Below, piece after piece: positions 32,770-45,496 of a stretch of DNA of 64,000 bases (the first letter of the stretch is position 1; each line of letters starts with the position of its first letter). The stretch is from Prorocentrum cordatum (taxonomy: Eukaryota): NCBI GenBank assembly GCA_963575745.1, contig CAUYUJ010000333.1, positions 1 to 64,000 on the forward strand. The letters are read 5' to 3'. The notes beneath the pieces were generated by a model. That model saw nothing but the letters and a program-made list of their open reading frames with translations, made no database searches and was not told where the DNA came from. Made by a program: the position numbers and the translations under genes.

Positions 32770-34079
32770 CTGATGACGACGATGATGATGCTGCTTATGA
32801 TAATGACGATGATGATGATGCTGATGAGGGTGATGATGATGATGATCCTGCTGATGGTGACTGTGATGCTGATGATGCTTTTGGTGCTGATGCTGATGGT
32901 GAGGACGCCAGTGATTGTGTTGATAATAATCATGCTGTCGATGACGATGACGGTGATGATGATGAAGACGAATGATGCTGATGATGATGCTGATGATGCG
33001 GATGAGAATGGTGCTGCTGCTTATGATGATGTTGATGATGAAGATGATGCTGATTCTGCTGATGATTAGGATGACGATCGCGTTGCTGACGACGACAAGG
33101 ATGCTGATTGTGATGGTGGTGATGATGATGCTGCTGCTGATGATGATGATGAGGGTTGTGGTGGTGATGCCGTTGATTATGTTGATGATGGTGATAATGA
33201 TGACGATGATGGTGACGATGGCGATGATGATTTGGCTGCTGCTTCTGACGATGCCGGCGACGATGGTGGTGGTGGTGGTGGTGGGGCTGCTGTTGTTGAT
33301 CGTAATGCTGATGCTGATGGTGATGGTGATGATTAGGATGCTGATAATGATGATGACGATGGTGATTGTGATGCTGATGATGATGCTGACGCTGACGCTG
33401 ATGAGGATGATGACGATGCTGATCATGATGATGATGATGCTGGTCATGACGATGATGCTGATGATAGTGCAGATGATGCTGATGCCGACGATGATGCTGA
33501 TGCTGCTGCTGATGATGATGATGGTGGTGGTGGTTGTGGTGATGATGTTGATGATGGTGATGATGACGACGATGATGATGATGGCGATGGTGATGATAAT
33601 GTCGCTGTCGCTTCTGATAATGATGATGGTGACGATGGTGGTGGTGGTGGTGGTGGGGCTGATGATGGTGGTGGTAATGCTGATGCTGATGATGATGACG
33701 ATGATTATGGTGATCTGGTGATGATGATGGTGACGATGATGCTGATGCTGCTGCTGATGATGTTGGTGGTGATTGTGGTCATGATGTCGATGATGGTGAT
33801 GATGATGGCGACGATGATGACGATGACGATGGCGATGGTGATAACAATGTCGCTGCTGCTTCTGATGATCATGATGATGATGGTGACGATGGTGGTGGTG
33901 GTGGTGAGGCTGATGATGGTGGTGGTAATGCTGATGCTGATGGTGATGACGATGATGATGATGATGGTCTGATGATGATGACGATGATGATGATGTTGAC
34001 GATGATGATTGTGGTGGTGATGACGAAAAAGATGATGATGGCGGTGGTGATGATGATAACGAGGAAGAGGACGACGGGA

Positions 34080-34133
<54 letters not shown>

Positions 34134-35173
34134 CTGATGATGATGATGTGAGGAGGATGAGTATGAGCAGTGATTCCAAGACGTAGCAACCATCACAGCG
34201 CGAAGCGCCCCCTTTCCCCATGGGCCCGCAATTTAGGCGGGAGCTCTGTTTGGCAGAAACAGCCTCCATCCTTTGAACCACACGAAGTGCGATCAGGTAG
34301 GGTCATACATTGTAAGGGAAGACCCAGCGACGGCTCCGCGTTGACAAGGAGCCGTCCTCCATCAGCGTAGCTTGTTACATTGGTTAAACTTCTGGTGGTC
34401 AACCTAGCGACGTCTCACGCAAGTACCGCATTCTGTAACCCAACCGCCCGCCATCCGTTCAGCTATTGCCTATTTTTCGCACGTGTGACGTGGCAATATA
34501 TTGTGAGGAAGTCTCAGGCGAGAGCTTTTTTTGGAAAGGCACCACTTTCTATCCTTGTACCACTCTCGATATTTTAAAACTAGTGTGCGTGGCGACAAGG
34601 CGAGCACCCGTTTCGAAAAATATTTGCTTCCATCCGTGTACACTTGAGGCGAGTGTGCGCGGCGCCAAGGCGATATTCTCATTCAAACGGTTTGTCCATC
34701 AGCCGTGTAACTTTCGGATTTTGTTCAGACGAGTGCGCGGCGCCAAGGCGATAGTCCAAGTTTGAAAGCTCGCCGCCCTCCATATGTGCGTAATTGCTGG
34801 AAGTTTTCAAGACGTGTGCGCCCGGCGCGCAAGTCACCCGCCCTCCACCCGTGTATGTTTTGGAGGTGTCGAGTTCCAAAATTGTAAACGGAGAGGGAGC
34901 CAGGCGAAGCGCCCAGCACTCCCTGACGACGCGTCTGGTGGTGCGACAGGGCGGAGTTGTCTACAAAGAAGAGGGGTGGAGGTGGCGGAGGGGAAAGAGG
35001 AAGAGGGAGAAGTGAGGAGAAGGAGGAGGAGGACGACGACGAAGAGGAGGGGGAGGAGGCGGAGGAGGAGGAGGAAGAGGAGGAGGATGATGAGGAGGAC
35101 GACGACGAGGCGACGACGTCGTCGTTGGCGACGATGGCGCGCCAGTCGGCGCGTGGTTGGCGTGCCCCCCAAG

Positions 35174-35285
35174 GCGTTCCTGTACAACATCAGGCACACC
35201 CACCCCCGCGACCCGACGAGGCCGCTGGTGGACTTCGAGCTGGCGTGCCTGATGGCGCCGGCGTTGATGTCGGGGGCGCAGATCG
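35174..35285 (+). CDS. TauE/SafE-family protein exon 4: AFLYNIRHTHPRDPTRPLVDFELACLMAPALMSGAQI(G)
   Basis: HP...PL(V/I)D motif typical of eukaryotic TauE proteins; AAG|G acceptor; the 3' boundary is ambiguous (see finding). Confidence 0.9.
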
Positions 35286-35584
35286 GCAGCGCATCGTCTC
35301 CTCCTCTGCCTCCGCTTCGGGGAGGGAGGGGGGACGAGCGAGGAGGAGCGATGAGGAGGGAGGAGCGAGGAGGAGGGAGGAGCGAGGAGGAGGGAAGGGA
35401 AGGAGGAGGGGGAGGAGCAGGGGGAGTGGGAGGACGAGGCCGAGGAGGTCGAGCAGGGGAGGAGGACCAGAGCAAACCCAAGCCCAGGATGGCATCAGCG
35501 ATGCTGCAAGACGCCTTCAGGTGCCAGGCCCCATCCTCATACGTGCCTACAAGCCTTCCTTTGCTCTACAAGAAGCGCCCCTTG

Positions 35585-35777
35585 TCGGGGGCGGAAAAGA
35601 GGGGGGTGATGACTAGGGGGGGGTGGATATCATGGCGTGGGCTATGATATTTCCCCAGATTTCATGGCGCCTTTTCTTACTTCATTACGTCCCTGGCCCC
35701 CCCGCTGGGCCGCGCACGTGCCGCCGGTCATGATTTGCACCCCCCCTCTTGGACACCCCCCTCTTGGCCGCTCCCGA
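35585..35777. mobile_element. ~200 bp MITE, family A (5-bp TSD), copy 2
   Basis: Same TIR and internal sequence as 3630-3830; perfect CCTTG duplication on both sides. Confidence 0.85.
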
Positions 35778-35959
35778 CCTTGAAAAACCAGAACTCTGTG
35801 GGCCTTCCATTTAGGCGAGAGTCCCGTTTTGGAAAAACTGAGTGCCTTGCATCCGTCTGGTGCGCAATCAGGAGTGCGAAGACGTATGGTCATGCAGTTC
35901 AACTTGGTGTCCAGCAAGATCTCCATGCAACTCTTGCACAAGTTTGCACTTGTGGTCAT

Positions 35960-36580
35960 GAACTTCGAGGGTGTCCCAAGCGAAACCCCATTTGGAAAAG
36001 GAACCGCCGTCCATTCGAGCAGCTGCTACATATGTTGAATTTTCCGGTCATTATAACTAAGACATTTTGGGGCAATTGCCCCATTCTTCAAATTGCTACA
36101 AAGTGAATGTGCGCGGCGCGAAGGTGAGATCCCCATTTTGAAAAAGAGCCGCCACCAATCCGTGCAGCTGCTGCAAACTTTTTAGACGAATTTGCGTGGC
36201 GTTCATGCGAGAGGACTTTTTTTTGAAAACGACCTGTGCTCCATCTTTGCAGCTGCTGCGAGCTTTTAAGACGAATGTGTGCGGGGCGCAGCGGTGCTAG
36301 CCCCATTTTGAAGACGATCTGTGCTCCTTCCTTGTAGCTGTTGCGAGCTTTTGAGACGAATGTGCCCAGCGCTCAGGCGATAGTCCCATTTTGACATCGA
36401 CCAGCGCCATGGCGGGAGCCCCGTTTTGAACACGCCCCCCTCCATCTGTGTTGCCGTCGCGCCTTTTCAGATTCAGGATCATCAGTGATGAGGAAGTCTC
36501 GGGCAACGCCTGGCTCGCCCTATCGACACGTCTGGGGTGCGACAGGGAGGATATATCTACAAGGAAAATGAATGGATGGA
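35960..36580 (+). repeat. Dispersed repeat ending in a (GAG)n tail; related copies ~34420-34985 and ~57960-58375
   Basis: Shared GTGCGCGGCGC.AAGGCGAG subrepeats and end motif GAGGAAGTCTC..GCAACGCCTGG...GTGCGACAGGGAG. Confidence 0.7.
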
Positions 36581-37349
36581 TGGAGGAGGTGGAGGAGGAG
36601 GAAGAGGAGGAGGAGGAGGAGGAGGACGAGGAGGAGGAGGAGGAGGAGGAGGCGGAGGCGGAGGAGGCGGAGGCGGAGGAGGAGGAGGAGGAGGAGGAGG
36701 AGGAGGAGGAGGAGGAGGAGAGGAGGAGGAGGAGGAGGAGGAGGAGGAGGAAGAGGAGGAGGCGGAGGAGGAGGAGGAGGAGGCGGAGGAGGCGGAGGAG
36801 GAGGAGGAGGAGGAGGAGGAGGAGGAGGAGGAGGAGGAGGTGGAGGAAGGAGAGGCTCCAAGTCTCCGAAGGCCTTCCGCCGTGCCGCTTCCCACGACCT
36901 GCGGGCGCCTGGGCTCGGGCGTCAGCAGTCGACCCCCGGGCCCGCCCCGGGGGTGCGTGCTGGCGAGCATCTCGAGGGGGGTCCAGCCGCGGCCGCGGGG
37001 GCGCCCCGGGAGGCCTCAAGCTGCCTTCGGCTTCCGCTGCTGGCTCCCTCGTCGAGCGCCGCCGTCGGGCTCTCGCGCCGAAGACCGCCAGAGGCCGTCG
37101 AGGACCACCGAGGGCCGCCAGGCGGCCGCCGGGCGGCCGTCGGACGGCGGCCAGGGAAGCGTCGCAGACCGCCGACGGCCGCCGCGAGACCGCCGAAAGG
37201 CCGCCGAGGGCCGACGGGTAGGCAAAAGGGGTCCAGTGGCCGAGTGCGCAGCCAGCAGTGGCCACGCGGGCCAGGGTTGCAGGGGGGGACGGCAGCCGCG
37301 GCCACGAGGGCGCCCCGGGGAGGCCGAACGACGCCCAGGCGCCTCCACG

Positions 37350-37605
37350 GCCTCGAAGCCTCGATCCTCGAGATTCTTCGATTCTCGATCTCTTCGAACC
37401 TCGATCTTAGACCCTCGACCGTCGAACCTCGGTCCTCGATGTGATATCTTTGAACCTCGATCCTCGAACCTCTATCTTCGAACCTCGATCTTCGATCTTC
37501 GATATCTTCGATATCCTCGAACATCGATTTTAGAACCTCGGTCTATTCGAACGCCGACCTTCGATCCCCGATGTCTCTGAACCTCAATCATCGAACCTCG
37601 ATCCT
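37350..37605. repeat. Degenerate heptamer repeat (TCGAACC/TCGATCC)n directly upstream of TauE exon 5
   Basis: Direct inspection. Confidence 0.8.
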
Positions 37606-37619
37606 CTCTCCACTCCTCG

Positions 37620-37716
37620 GCAGCATCGTGCACAACACGGCCCCGCCAGCGCTGCTGGTGGCGCTGCTCTGCCTGGTGCTGGGCGACGCGGCCCTGAAGG
37701 GCGTGAAGAATGCCAG
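37620..37716 (+). CDS. TauE/SafE-family protein exon 5: GSIVHNTAPPALLVALLCLVLGDAALKGVKNA(R)
   Basis: TM helix continuing exon 4; CAG|GA donor; acceptor non-canonical or shifted. Confidence 0.85.
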
Positions 37717-38061
37717 GAGCCCAGGCACCTCCAAACACTCGTCCCCAGTCAGTATCGTTTGACCGATCCCCACCCCTACCCCCATCCCCATCCAGACCCC
37801 CACCATCTCATCCCCCCAGCTGGGGATATACCCCTCGAAACCCGAAGGGAGCAGCCTATATCCCCATGTAGCGGGGTGAATCGGTCAGTGGGGCCCAGGC
37901 CACACCAGTGGGGATAGGGATCGGTTTGACGATGCCCACCCAGATCTCCAACGTGTTGAAAGCAACAAGGCTGAGTGCTTTCGTCGTTCTAGGCCTCCGG
38001 GGGGGGGCACTCGTTGGGCCTCGGGACCGTCCGACAACGACTCAGGACCACAAAGCTGGCC

Positions 38062-38200
38062 TTAAGTCGGGCCTGTCCCTCTACAGGAGGAAAATTCAAA
38101 AATAGTCAACAAATAGTCAGGGGACGATTCTTGAGCATTTTTTGGGCTATTTTTTAGATTTCGTCCAAAATCCGCTTGTAGGGAGACATGCCCGACCTAA
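38062..38200. mobile_element. hAT-like MITE, family C
   Basis: Same TIR; perfect 8-bp TSD AGCTGGCC. Confidence 0.9.
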
Positions 38201-38809
38201 AGCTGGCCCCAGGGAAAGGCTCGGGACTTCTGTGGACGCCGCATTGCAAAAGTCAAGACATCGGATCTCTGGGTCGTCGTCGCTCTGCGACACACTGCGA
38301 AGCCTGCTCCTGCGGGCCCAATCGACGCTGGGGTGCTGGACACCCCCGCCGTGTTCGCATGGCTGAAGGCGTCCTCTCAATTTCTGATGCCTGGTCGCTG
38401 AGGGCCGCCGGCGTCGACCTCGACGTGTCGACACATCGACGTGCCGGTGGCCCTCGGCAGCCCTCGGCGGTGTCGTCGTCGTCCTCCTCCTCGTCCTTCT
38501 CCTTCGTCCTCCTCCTCCCTCCTCCTCCTCCTCCCCCTCCTCCTCCCTCCTCCTCCTCCTCCTCCTCCTCCTCCTCCTCCTCCTCCTCCTCCTCCTCCTC
38601 CTCCTCCTCCTCCCTCTGGCTCCTCCTCCACCTCCTCCTCCTCCCTCGTGCTGCTCGGCTCTGCCCAGTCTTTCCGCCTGTGTACCGGCCTTCCCCGCCG
38701 TGGCTGCCAGCGCGCGTGTGCTCAGGGCCGCCTGCACGCCCTGGGCGGCTCCGTCTCCCCTGCCGCCGCTCCGCGCCTCCCTCGGCCCTCGCGCCCCATC
38801 TCTCTGGGC

Positions 38810-38969
38810 TTGAGTCGGGCCTGTCCCTCTACAGGAGGAACATCCAAGAGCAGTCCAAAAATAGTCGGGGGACGAGATCTGGAATATTCTTGGTATTAGT
38901 TTGAACATTTTTTGACTATTTTTTGGTTTTCGTCCAAGATCCGTCTGTAGGGGGACATGCCCGACCTAA
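38810..38969. mobile_element. hAT-like MITE, family C
   Basis: Same TIR; flanks CTCTGGGC/TTCTAGGC. Confidence 0.85.
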
Positions 38970-39311
38970 TTCTAGGCCTCCTAGATGCGGCCGGAGGATC
39001 GCGCCGCATCGCCGATGCATCGCCGATGCGGCTCGATGTGTAGCCCGATTTGCTTCACGTCGACGTCGCCGATGTCTCGCCCACGTCGACGATGCATCGC
39101 CGGTGCATCGCCGATGCATCGCCGATGCATCGCCGATGCATCGGCGATGCGGCGCGATCCTCCGACCCCCACTCGCTCGGACCCCATCGAGGAGGCCTCT
39201 ACTCTCGCTTTCGGCGCGCCCCGCCTTCAGCCCGACCCGCGCCTGACCGCTTTCGCACCCTTGCGCCCGCTGACTTCGACCTGTTTCGAGGTCGGGGCTC
39301 GTGGCCACATC

Positions 39312-39475
39312 TCAGGAGGGACAAAAAACACACAGACACAATTCATCGTCGATTTCCCAGAAGATATAGGAAAATACGGGAAGTGGTGGGGAAGACAGAA
39401 ACCCAGAAAATATGGGAAAATATGGGGAATCCTTTTATTTGTGCGTATTTATGTGTGTGTCCCAAGGCCCCTTCA
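39312..39475 (+). mobile_element. Family B copy 2, flanked by a 37-bp duplication; further copies 39607-39770 and 44122-~44295
   Basis: Flanks 39275-39311 and 39476-39512 are 36/37 identical; shared ACACAGACACAA...GGAAAATA core. Confidence 0.85.
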
Positions 39476-39863
39476 TTCGACCTGCTTCGAGGTCGGGGCT
39501 CGTGGCCACATCGAGATTCTGTTTTTTCTCTGCCAGTCTGGGCCCGGCGGGAGGCCCGCGGCGGGCCCCGGGGAGCGTCGAGAAGCGGGCCTCGGGCTGG
39601 GGGGAGTCAGGAGAGGAAAAACCACACAGACACAATTCATCGTCGATTCCCAGGAAAATATGGGAAAATATGGGAAGTGGGGGGGAAGACAAAGACCCAG
39701 AAAATATGGGAAAATATGGGAGAATATTTTTATTGGTGTGTATTTCTTTGTGTGTCCTGGGGCCCCTCCAGAGAGAGGAGGCAGACGAGAGGCCCCATCC
39801 CCTCGTCGCCACGGGAGGGCGCGGCTCGAAGAAGTGGCCCGTTTCGGCCTCGTGAGGGCTCTG

Positions 39864-40377
39864 CAGGGTCAACGATGGGGGGGGGATAGGCAGAGGCCAG
39901 CAACATATGTACACGTACGCGGTCAGCTTCCCCTGGAGTGCGTGTCAACGCGGACGTTCGTGCAGGCAAGACCGCGGAGGGCGTACATGTACATATGTCG
40001 TTGCTCGCCCAGATAGGCACAGGGGGGGGATGCATCGACCCCTAAGTCGCCCACGGATCGCCGATATGGGGTCTCGTAGCCCCACCCCGCCCAGGAGGGT
40101 GCGGCTTCGCCATCGGGGGCCTATCGCCGATCTATCGGCGATGCATCGCCGATTGAGGGGTCGATGCATCCCCCCCGTATGCTGAAGTCGGGCCTGTCCC
40201 TCTACAGGGGGAATAGTAAAAAAAGTCAAAAAATAGTCTGGGGACTATTTTTTGAATATTTTTTGACCTTTTTGGAGTATTTTTTGGGGGTGTTTTTAAA
40301 TGTTTGTCGAAAATCCTCCTGTAGGGGGACACGCCCGACTTAACCCTATGCCTATCCCCCCCTATCGTTGCCCCTCA
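39864..40377. mobile_element. Long-TIR MITE interrupted by two other MITEs (39893-40011 and 40183-40343)
   Basis: Arms CAACGATGGGG..GATAGGCA..GGGGGGATGCATCGACCCCT and reverse complement; inner element 39893-40011 has TSD GATAGGCA. Confidence 0.75.
40183..40343. mobile_element. hAT-like MITE, family C, inserted in the TIR of another element
   Basis: Same TIR; flanks CCGTATGC/CCCTATGC. Confidence 0.85.
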
Positions 40378-41436
40378 GCTCTGGGGACTGGTCCTGGGCG
40401 GACTTCTTGGGGCCCACCCAGCGCAGAGTCGCCGGCCGCCTCGCCAAGGGCGGAAGTGAAGAACGGCGTGTCGGGTCCGCCGGCGGGCATCGCGTGGTCG
40501 TTTCTCTGGACTCGGGGCTTCTGGAGATGGGCACGCGACGTCGGGTGTCTGGAGCCCTGGCCCAGCCTGGCGCGCCGCCTCCCGCCTGCCTCACTGCTTC
40601 TCCCCTCCTGCCCTCTCTCCTCTGCCCTGCTGCGTCCTCTCTCCCCCTCCCTCTCCCTCTGCCTCTCCTGCCTCTCTTGCCTCTTCCTTCATGTCTCTTG
40701 CGCAATCCTTCTTCTTTTCTCCTCTCATGCATCCTGCCTGTCCTCCTCCTCCTCCTCCTCCTCTTTTTTTTAGTGTAGTTACCGTTTTCGACAAAGTGCT
40801 CATTGTGAAGATCTGTGAAGACCTCCTCCCGCATCTAGGTTCGTATTTCAAGTCGGGTTTGGCCCAATGCTTGCGGCAAGGCAGAACTCGAGAAACGTAG
40901 CTCTTCTGGGGAGCTGGCTTCTTCGCCCAGTTACGCTGCCTGTGGGCTTCTTCTGGAAGCCGGCATGGCCGCACTGTCCGTGATCCCGTCCTCCTGCTCT
41001 CTCCTCTGCCTCTTCCTCCGTGCAGTCACCGTTCTTGACACGCTGCTCATTGCGAAGACCTGGGAAGGCCGCCCTCCTCCCTGCTCCTCCCTGCTTACCG
41101 CTCTTCCCTCCTCGTCTCCTCCCTCCTCCCTCCTCCCTCCCTCCCCTCCTCCCTCCTCCCTCCTCCCTCCTCGTCTCCTCCCTCCCTCCTCCCTCCTCGT
41201 CTCCTCCCTCCTCCCTCCTCCCTCCTCGTCTCCTCCCTCCTCGGCTCCTCCCTCCTTCCCCTCTTGCTGCCCCTCCCTGCCCCCTCCCTTCCGCCCTTGC
41301 TGCCCCTCTGCTTCTGTTCTGCCCTCTGCGTCTCCCTTCCTATTTTTCTTCTTAGGAGGGGGGAAGCAGAGGAGGGCGAGGATGATGATGATGATGATGA
41401 CGATGACGATGACGATGACGATGATGATGATGATGC

Positions 41437-41480
<44 letters not shown>

Positions 41481-41874
41481 CTGATGCTGATGCTGATGCT
41501 GATGCTGATGATGATGATGCTGATGCTGCTGCTGATGATGCTGATGCTGATGCTGATGCTGATGCTGATGATGATGATGATGCTGATGCTGATGCTGATG
41601 CTGATAATGATAATGAGGATGAGGATGAGGATGAGGATGATGAGGATGATGAGGATGAGCATGAGGATGAGGATGAGGATGAGGCTGAGGATGATGGTGA
41701 TGGTGATGGTGATGATGATTGTGATGATGATGATGATGATGATGATGATGCTGATGATGATGATGATGCTGATGATGCTGCTGATGATGATGATGATGCT
41801 GATGATGCTGCTGATGATGCTGCTGATGATGATGCTGATGCTGAAACTGATGCTGATGATGCTGATGCTGATGC

Positions 41875-41924
<50 letters not shown>

Positions 41925-41936
41925 CTGATGATGATG

Positions 41937-41986
<50 letters not shown>

Positions 41987-41994
41987 CAGGATGA

Positions 41995-42062
<68 letters not shown>

Positions 42063-42674
42063 GGAGGAGGAGGAGGAGGAGGAGAAGGAGGAGGAGGATG
42101 AGGAGGAAGAGACGGAGGAGGAGGAGGAGGCGGAGGAGGAGGAGGAGGAATATAATAATAGTACGAATAATAGGAAGCATAATGATAATAATAATAAAAA
42201 GAATAATCCTACGAATAATAATAGTAATACTAATAATAATAATAAGAAGAATAATCATAATAATAACATTAATAGTAGCAATCATAATAGTAATAATATC
42301 ACCAATATAATAATAACAATAATAATAATACTACTAATAATGATAGTACTAATAATAATATTAATATTAATAATAACAATAATAATACTACTACTACTAC
42401 TAATAATAATACTACTACTACTAATAATAATAGTAATACTAATACTAATAATAAAATTATTAATAAGAAGGAGGAGGAGGAGGAGGAGGAGGAGGCGGAG
42501 GAGGAGGAGGAGGAGGGGGCGGAACGGAAGGAGGAAGACATGTGGAAGACGAGGTTTCGTGTTCCCGTCCGACGTGCTAGACAAGCCGAGCATTGTTGCC
42601 CGACCATGTGTAACAGACCGCCCCGTGCTTTCGACCTCCCTGGAACGCTCGCGCGCAGCTGGAGACTCCCCGAG

Positions 42675-42801
42675 GAAGGTCGCGCAGAAGGCGAAGCAGG
42701 AGGCCCAGGCGGTGCCCGACCCCCCCAACGGCGCCAAGGCCGCCCTCGCCGAGGAGGACAGCCTGGGGAGCTCCGAGGAGGATACCTCCACCTTCGACAG
42801 G
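42675..42801 (+). CDS. TauE/SafE-family protein exon 6 (central hydrophilic loop): KVAQKAKQEAQAVPDPPNGAKAALAEEDSLGSSEEDTSTFDR
   Basis: CCGAG|G acceptor, AGG|GC donor; phases 2 and 0 fit the neighbours. Confidence 0.75.
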
Positions 42802-42954
42802 GCCGGGGCCCCGGGACGCGCGCTCGCCTGGGGCGCCCCGCGGGCGAGATGGCCGGGTCCGGCAGGTTCGCGCCGCCCTGGCGCGGCGGCGGCTCCCTCG
42901 CGCCGGCGTTCGAGGTTGAGCGTCGCCATCGGGCCGTCCGCTACAGGTGCAGGG

Positions 42955-43987
42955 TCAGGTCGGGCGTGTGCCTCTACGGGAGGAGGACTCGAAAACAGTA
43001 TGGGAACAGTCTGGTGACGCTTTTGCCGTGGTGTCTGGACTACTTGCGGTTTTTTGTTGGACTATTTTTTATATTGAATCGCTTCGCTCATTCCGCCGGC
43101 CCGTGATATGGCATCGCTGGTTTTTGTCTGTGTGTTCGTTGCCCATGTTGCGCTCTTGGGGGCGGGTGTCGTTCGGACGCGTTGCGTGGGGAGTTTTGAT
43201 GGTGAAGCAGTTCCCTGGGGGTCGTCTCTCGATGGGGCGAAATAGAGTCGTCGTCAAGATGCTTCTTTGGGGGGCCTCTTGGGGTCTGTTGAGAGGCCGT
43301 TCGGGGGCGCCTGGGAGACATGTTTGAAGCCTTCTGGGGCTTCTTTTGGGCCTCCTGGGAGTCTCCTGGGGCCTCTTGGCGACATCTTGGGGCCTCTTGG
43401 AGGCCTCTTGGGGCCTCTTTGGGACCTCCTGGGCGCCTTCTGGGACGGAGGGCTCCATTTTTGAGTTCTCGGTATCCCTCCTGAGTCCCTCTTGGGCCCG
43501 TCTTGGGGCCTCTTGGTCCGTCTTGGGCGGCACTTGGGCCGTCTTGAGGGCTCTCTTGGGTCGTTTCGGCGCCGTCTTGGGAGCTTCGTGGGCCGTCTTG
43601 GGCTGTCTTGGGGGCCTTTTGGGCCGTCTTGGGGTCATCTTCGGCGTCTTCGAGCGCTCTTTGGGCGTCTCGGGGGCCTCTTGGGCAGTCTTGGGGGCCT
43701 CTTGGGGCACTCTGAGCGCGCTCTGGGGAGCCTGAGAGGCCGCACCCAGAAGGAAAACCATCTCTGAGTAGACTTGGTCGGGCGGCGGTCGGGCGGCGGT
43801 CGGGCGGCGACCGGGCGTTGGTCGGGGTACTTTTCGCCGGGGGACCCCCAGGGGCCGCCCCGCGCGCGCGAACTAGAAATACTGTTAATACTGTTAACCA
43901 GTTACCGGAGATCTTAGCACGCCCTGGCCCGTTGGGCCGGCGAATTTTCTTAGACAATCTGCCTGTAGGAGGACCTGCCCGACCTGA
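42955..43987. mobile_element. Family C MITE carrying a ~870 bp nested insert (~43071-43943)
   Basis: TIR halves ~1 kb apart; flanks GTGCAGGG/GTACAGGG. Confidence 0.8.
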
Positions 43988-45326
43988 GTACAGGGGGCGA
44001 GGAGTGGGGGGCGGGGGGGGATCGAGGGCTGCAGGCGAGGGTCCCCCAGGGGGCCCGTCAAGGGGCCCCCTGGGGCCCTGGATGTGCAAGAAAGGTGCAC
44101 CTGTATTTCGCCCCCTGTGTTTCAGGAGGGCGAAGAACACACAGACACAAACAACCCCCGATTCCTAGGAAAACATGGAACACTTGGGACGTGGATGGGG
44201 AAGACGAACATGCAGGAAACGCGGAAAGTGCTGGGAATTCCGGATTTTTTTTTTGTGTGTGTGTGTGTTTTATTTAGTGGGTCCCTGGGCCCCTGTAGCT
44301 CACTCATTGCCCCCCAGACAGCAGCGCCCAACGCCAGCGGCTCGGAGGCGGCCGACATCGAACGGTGTGCGCTCTCAGGAGGCCGCGGTCGCTCGAGGCT
44401 GAGGGGTCCGGGAGGATTCAGGAGCGAGAGCCGACGTCATCGCAGCGCCAACCTGCCGTGTGGCCCGATGGGAGCGCGAGGGTATCCGCTCCTCCTCCTG
44501 CTTCTCCTCCTCCTCCTGCTTTTCCTCCTCCTCCTCCTCCTCCTCCTCCTCCTCCTCCTTATGGTCCTCCCCCTTCTCCTCCTCCTCCCCCCGCCCTCCT
44601 CGTCGTCCTCCCCCTCCTCCTCGTCCTCGTCCTCGTCCTCCTCCTCCGCCTCCTCCTCCTCCTCCTCCTCCTCCTCCTCATTCTCATCCTCGTCCTCATC
44701 CTCATCCTCATCCTCCTCCTCCCCCCTCCTCGTCGTCCTCCTCTGCTCGTCCTCCTCCTCGTCCTCGTTGTCCTCCTCCTCCTCCTCCTCCTCCTCTCCT
44801 CTCTTCCCTCCTCCTCTCCTCCTCCTCTTCCTCCTCCTCCTCCTCCTCCTCCTCCTCCTCCTCCTCCTACTCCTACTCCTCGCGCGGTGAAGGGTACGTG
44901 CAGGAGCCCCTCACTGCAAGCATCGTTCCAGAAAGAGCGAGCGCCTGTGCCGATCAGGGGCGAGGTTAGAGGGGGATATGCTCGAGGCGGATGCATCGAC
45001 CCCCACTTGTTTCTTTGAACGCCGACAGGGCTCCTGGTAGCCCACCCTGCTCAGGCCTGTATGGATTCGCCATCGTTGGCCTACCGCCGACCTGTCGGCG
45101 ATGTATCGCCGAATCCGGCGCGATATTGCTCCCACTTGGCCAGTCACTTGGCGGTTTTCGAGTCATAGCTTGTGCCTCCGGTGGCCGTTCGGGGCGATCC
45201 GGGAACCCCTGGGACGGTCTCGGCAATGCGCATTGTGGATTATCCTGGAGAGGCTGGGAACTGCCGATGACCAAAGAAAACGGCAGACACCTCCAAACTC
45301 GAACTTCGAGACTCGAGCGTTCCGAG

Positions 45327-45496
45327 GCGGACGGCTACATCAGCGAGGCGCAGCGCAACTTCCTCGGCGTGTGGCTCTTCGCGGTCGTCATTAACCTGGC
45401 GAAGGGCATCCTGGTGGACATCTGCACGTGGCCGTGGTGGCTCCTGGTGCTGTGTGCCACGGGCTGCCTGGGCGCCTTTGCCCTGCACTACGCCAG
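45327..45496 (+). CDS. TauE/SafE-family protein exon 7: ADGYISEAQRNFLGVWLFAVVINLAKGILVDICTWPWWLLVLCATGCLGAFALHYA(R)
   Basis: Two TM helices with KG and C..P.W motifs; CCGAG|G acceptor, CAG|GC donor. Confidence 0.85.

Noticed and set aside
43069..43761. 230-aa Lys/Pro/Arg-rich ORF resembling a histone-like protein
   Set aside because: Arises from GGGCCTCTT-type repeats in the nested insert within TauE intron 6.
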